Shown here one piece after another: positions 62,458 to 64,000 of a stretch of 64,000 bases of DNA. Where the stretch lies: positions 5,580,001 to 5,644,000 of the forward strand of contig NC_086097.1 of the NCBI RefSeq assembly GCF_963921235.1, given 5' to 3'. The stretch is from Mobula hypostoma (lineage: Eukaryota). The notes under the pieces were generated by a model. The model worked only from the letters and a program-made list of their open reading frames with translations. It made no database searches and was not told the origin of the DNA. Numbering within the stretch: position 1 is the stretch's first letter; every line of letters begins with the position of its first letter. Both the position numbers and the translations under genes were made by a program.

Positions 62458-62792
62458 AGTTATGGCAGAAAAATATGCAGTTAGAACAAAAATAATATTG
62501 AGAAAAGTAACAAGACTGCCCATAACTTGGACTGTATTATTACTTTTCTCAATAATATTTTTGACAATGACAGGAGACCTGTACGGGAAAGTTTTTAAAG
62601 TGCAAAAGTCATTGCACTGGGCAGTTCTGCTGTGCCTTTGGAACTGCATATCAGCACGTGGGAGATGGCTTTAACTAGTGTATTCACATTGCAGCGAGAG
62701 AGAGCGAGAACAATGTGCGTGGGTAGACAACAGATCAATATGTAGTGCTAAGGAGAGTCATTACTCTGAAAGAAATAGATCCATACATTACA
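62458..62792 (-). mobile_element. Gypsy 3' LTR
   Basis: Minus strand: polypurine tract AAAGGGAGGGAG (62804-62793) directly followed by TGTAATG; far end approximately CATAACT. Confidence 0.65.
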
Positions 62793-64000
62793 CTCCCTCC
62801 CTTTAAATTAATGTAATCTAAAACTATATTCAATTCTCTTTCATAAACCATATTCCAAATAAACATGCTTTCACAGTAACAGTCCAAAACTAACTTCGCA
62901 GTTCTAAAGGTTCAGTCTTTTGGGTAGCACTCTGTTTCTTTCAGGATAGTACTTTGGGACCTGTGGAGTGGCAACAGATTTGGAAGGTGCTTGTCAAAGA
63001 TAACGTTCTCGTGATGCCTTTAAACCTGCGGAGTAGCATCAAGTTTGTTAGGCGTCTTTTATAACAAATTCTCGGTTTCTGGTGTCATGTTGCTGCCAGT
63101 GACATCATCACTGAGAGGTAAGTCCGGTGACTGTAATGTGTCTGTTCTATTGGATACAATCGATGTAGGTGTGTACTTCAGATGAGCATCAGTATCTGGT
63201 CCACATGACGTCTCCATCTTTGATCTCCAACATCCACAATGTACATCAGTGGTCCAGTTCTTGTAGCTATCCTACCAGGTGTCCACTTGTTTTCTTGGTA
63301 AACACGCCCTGTCCAGCCTCAAAGCTCCTTGCTGCTTCACTTGGTAACTGGTTGGACTGTTTACTCTCCTCTTCTCTCCATAGATCTGATTTCAGGAGGT
63401 TGATGCGAGACCTCAGACTTCTGTTCATGAAGATCATTGCAGGTGTTTGATTTGTGATCGTATGAACAGAGTTCTGATACACAAATTGTTGTCCAGTAGA
63501 GGAATGTCTCCTTGTTCATTGCTTTAATGGATTTCTTGAACACTTGGATAAACTTTTCAGCTAACCCATTCATTGCTGGGTGGTGTGGAGTGGACTTGAA
63601 ATGTCTGATGCCATTTTTCTTCATGAATAGTCAGAATTTTTCTGATGTGTATTGTGATCCGTTATCACTCACAATCTGTTTCAGTAAGTCGTTTTTGCCA
63701 AAGATAGTCCTCCAGGCAGAGACAGTTTTACTGAAGTGGTTAACGTCATTGGTATAACCTCTGACCACTTTGAATGAGTATCTACAGCAAACAGAAACAT
63801 AGGGTCCACGAATGCACCAGCAAAGTCAATATGTACTCTTTGCTTTAGTGAAGATGGCACTCCCAAGGTGTGACAGTGCCTGTAGGGTGCATTTTGAAAC
63901 TTTTGGCATCTCGAACAGCTTTTGGCCAATTCTTCAATCTATTTATCAATTCCCTTCTCAATTAGCATTAAGTAGTTGTGCCAGTCTCTGGTTAGTGCTG
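62793..64000 (-). mobile_element. Gypsy LTR-retrotransposon integrase region, decayed
   Basis: 'CSRCQ', 'RVHIDFAG..AVDTHSKWSEV', 'GIRHFKSTPHHPAMNGLAEKFIQ'. Confidence 0.88.

Overview
This is a eukaryotic window made almost entirely of repeats. I found no host protein-coding gene, rRNA, tRNA gene or CRISPR array that I can support. The repeat set (CR1/HER1-type LINEs with an esterase ORF1, an HE1-like SINE, Rex1/Babar-type, RTE, R4/Dong-like, Nimb/I-type and Penelope retroelements, Gypsy remnants) suggests a cartilaginous fish, probably a ray; that is inference. The window opens with a ~2 kb 20-bp satellite and holds a 2.4 kb (TG)n tract. Many insertions are nested and have readable target-site duplications (TSDs). 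The most striking structure is at 28.9-34.1 kb. Three RNase H-type Nimb/I LINE copies are all joined to the same short site, GACTTG(T/G)CATT. That site overlaps the predicted initiator, 31 nt downstream of a TATA box, in a CCAAT/CACCC/TATA promoter module present as two inverted copies. This points to a possible start-site-specific LINE. A second candidate novelty is a ~600-650 bp non-coding retroposon family (3 copies) with a YY1-type head and a 3' stem-loop plus microsatellite tail. Family names come from motif recognition, not database searches. Boundaries of decayed elements are approximate.
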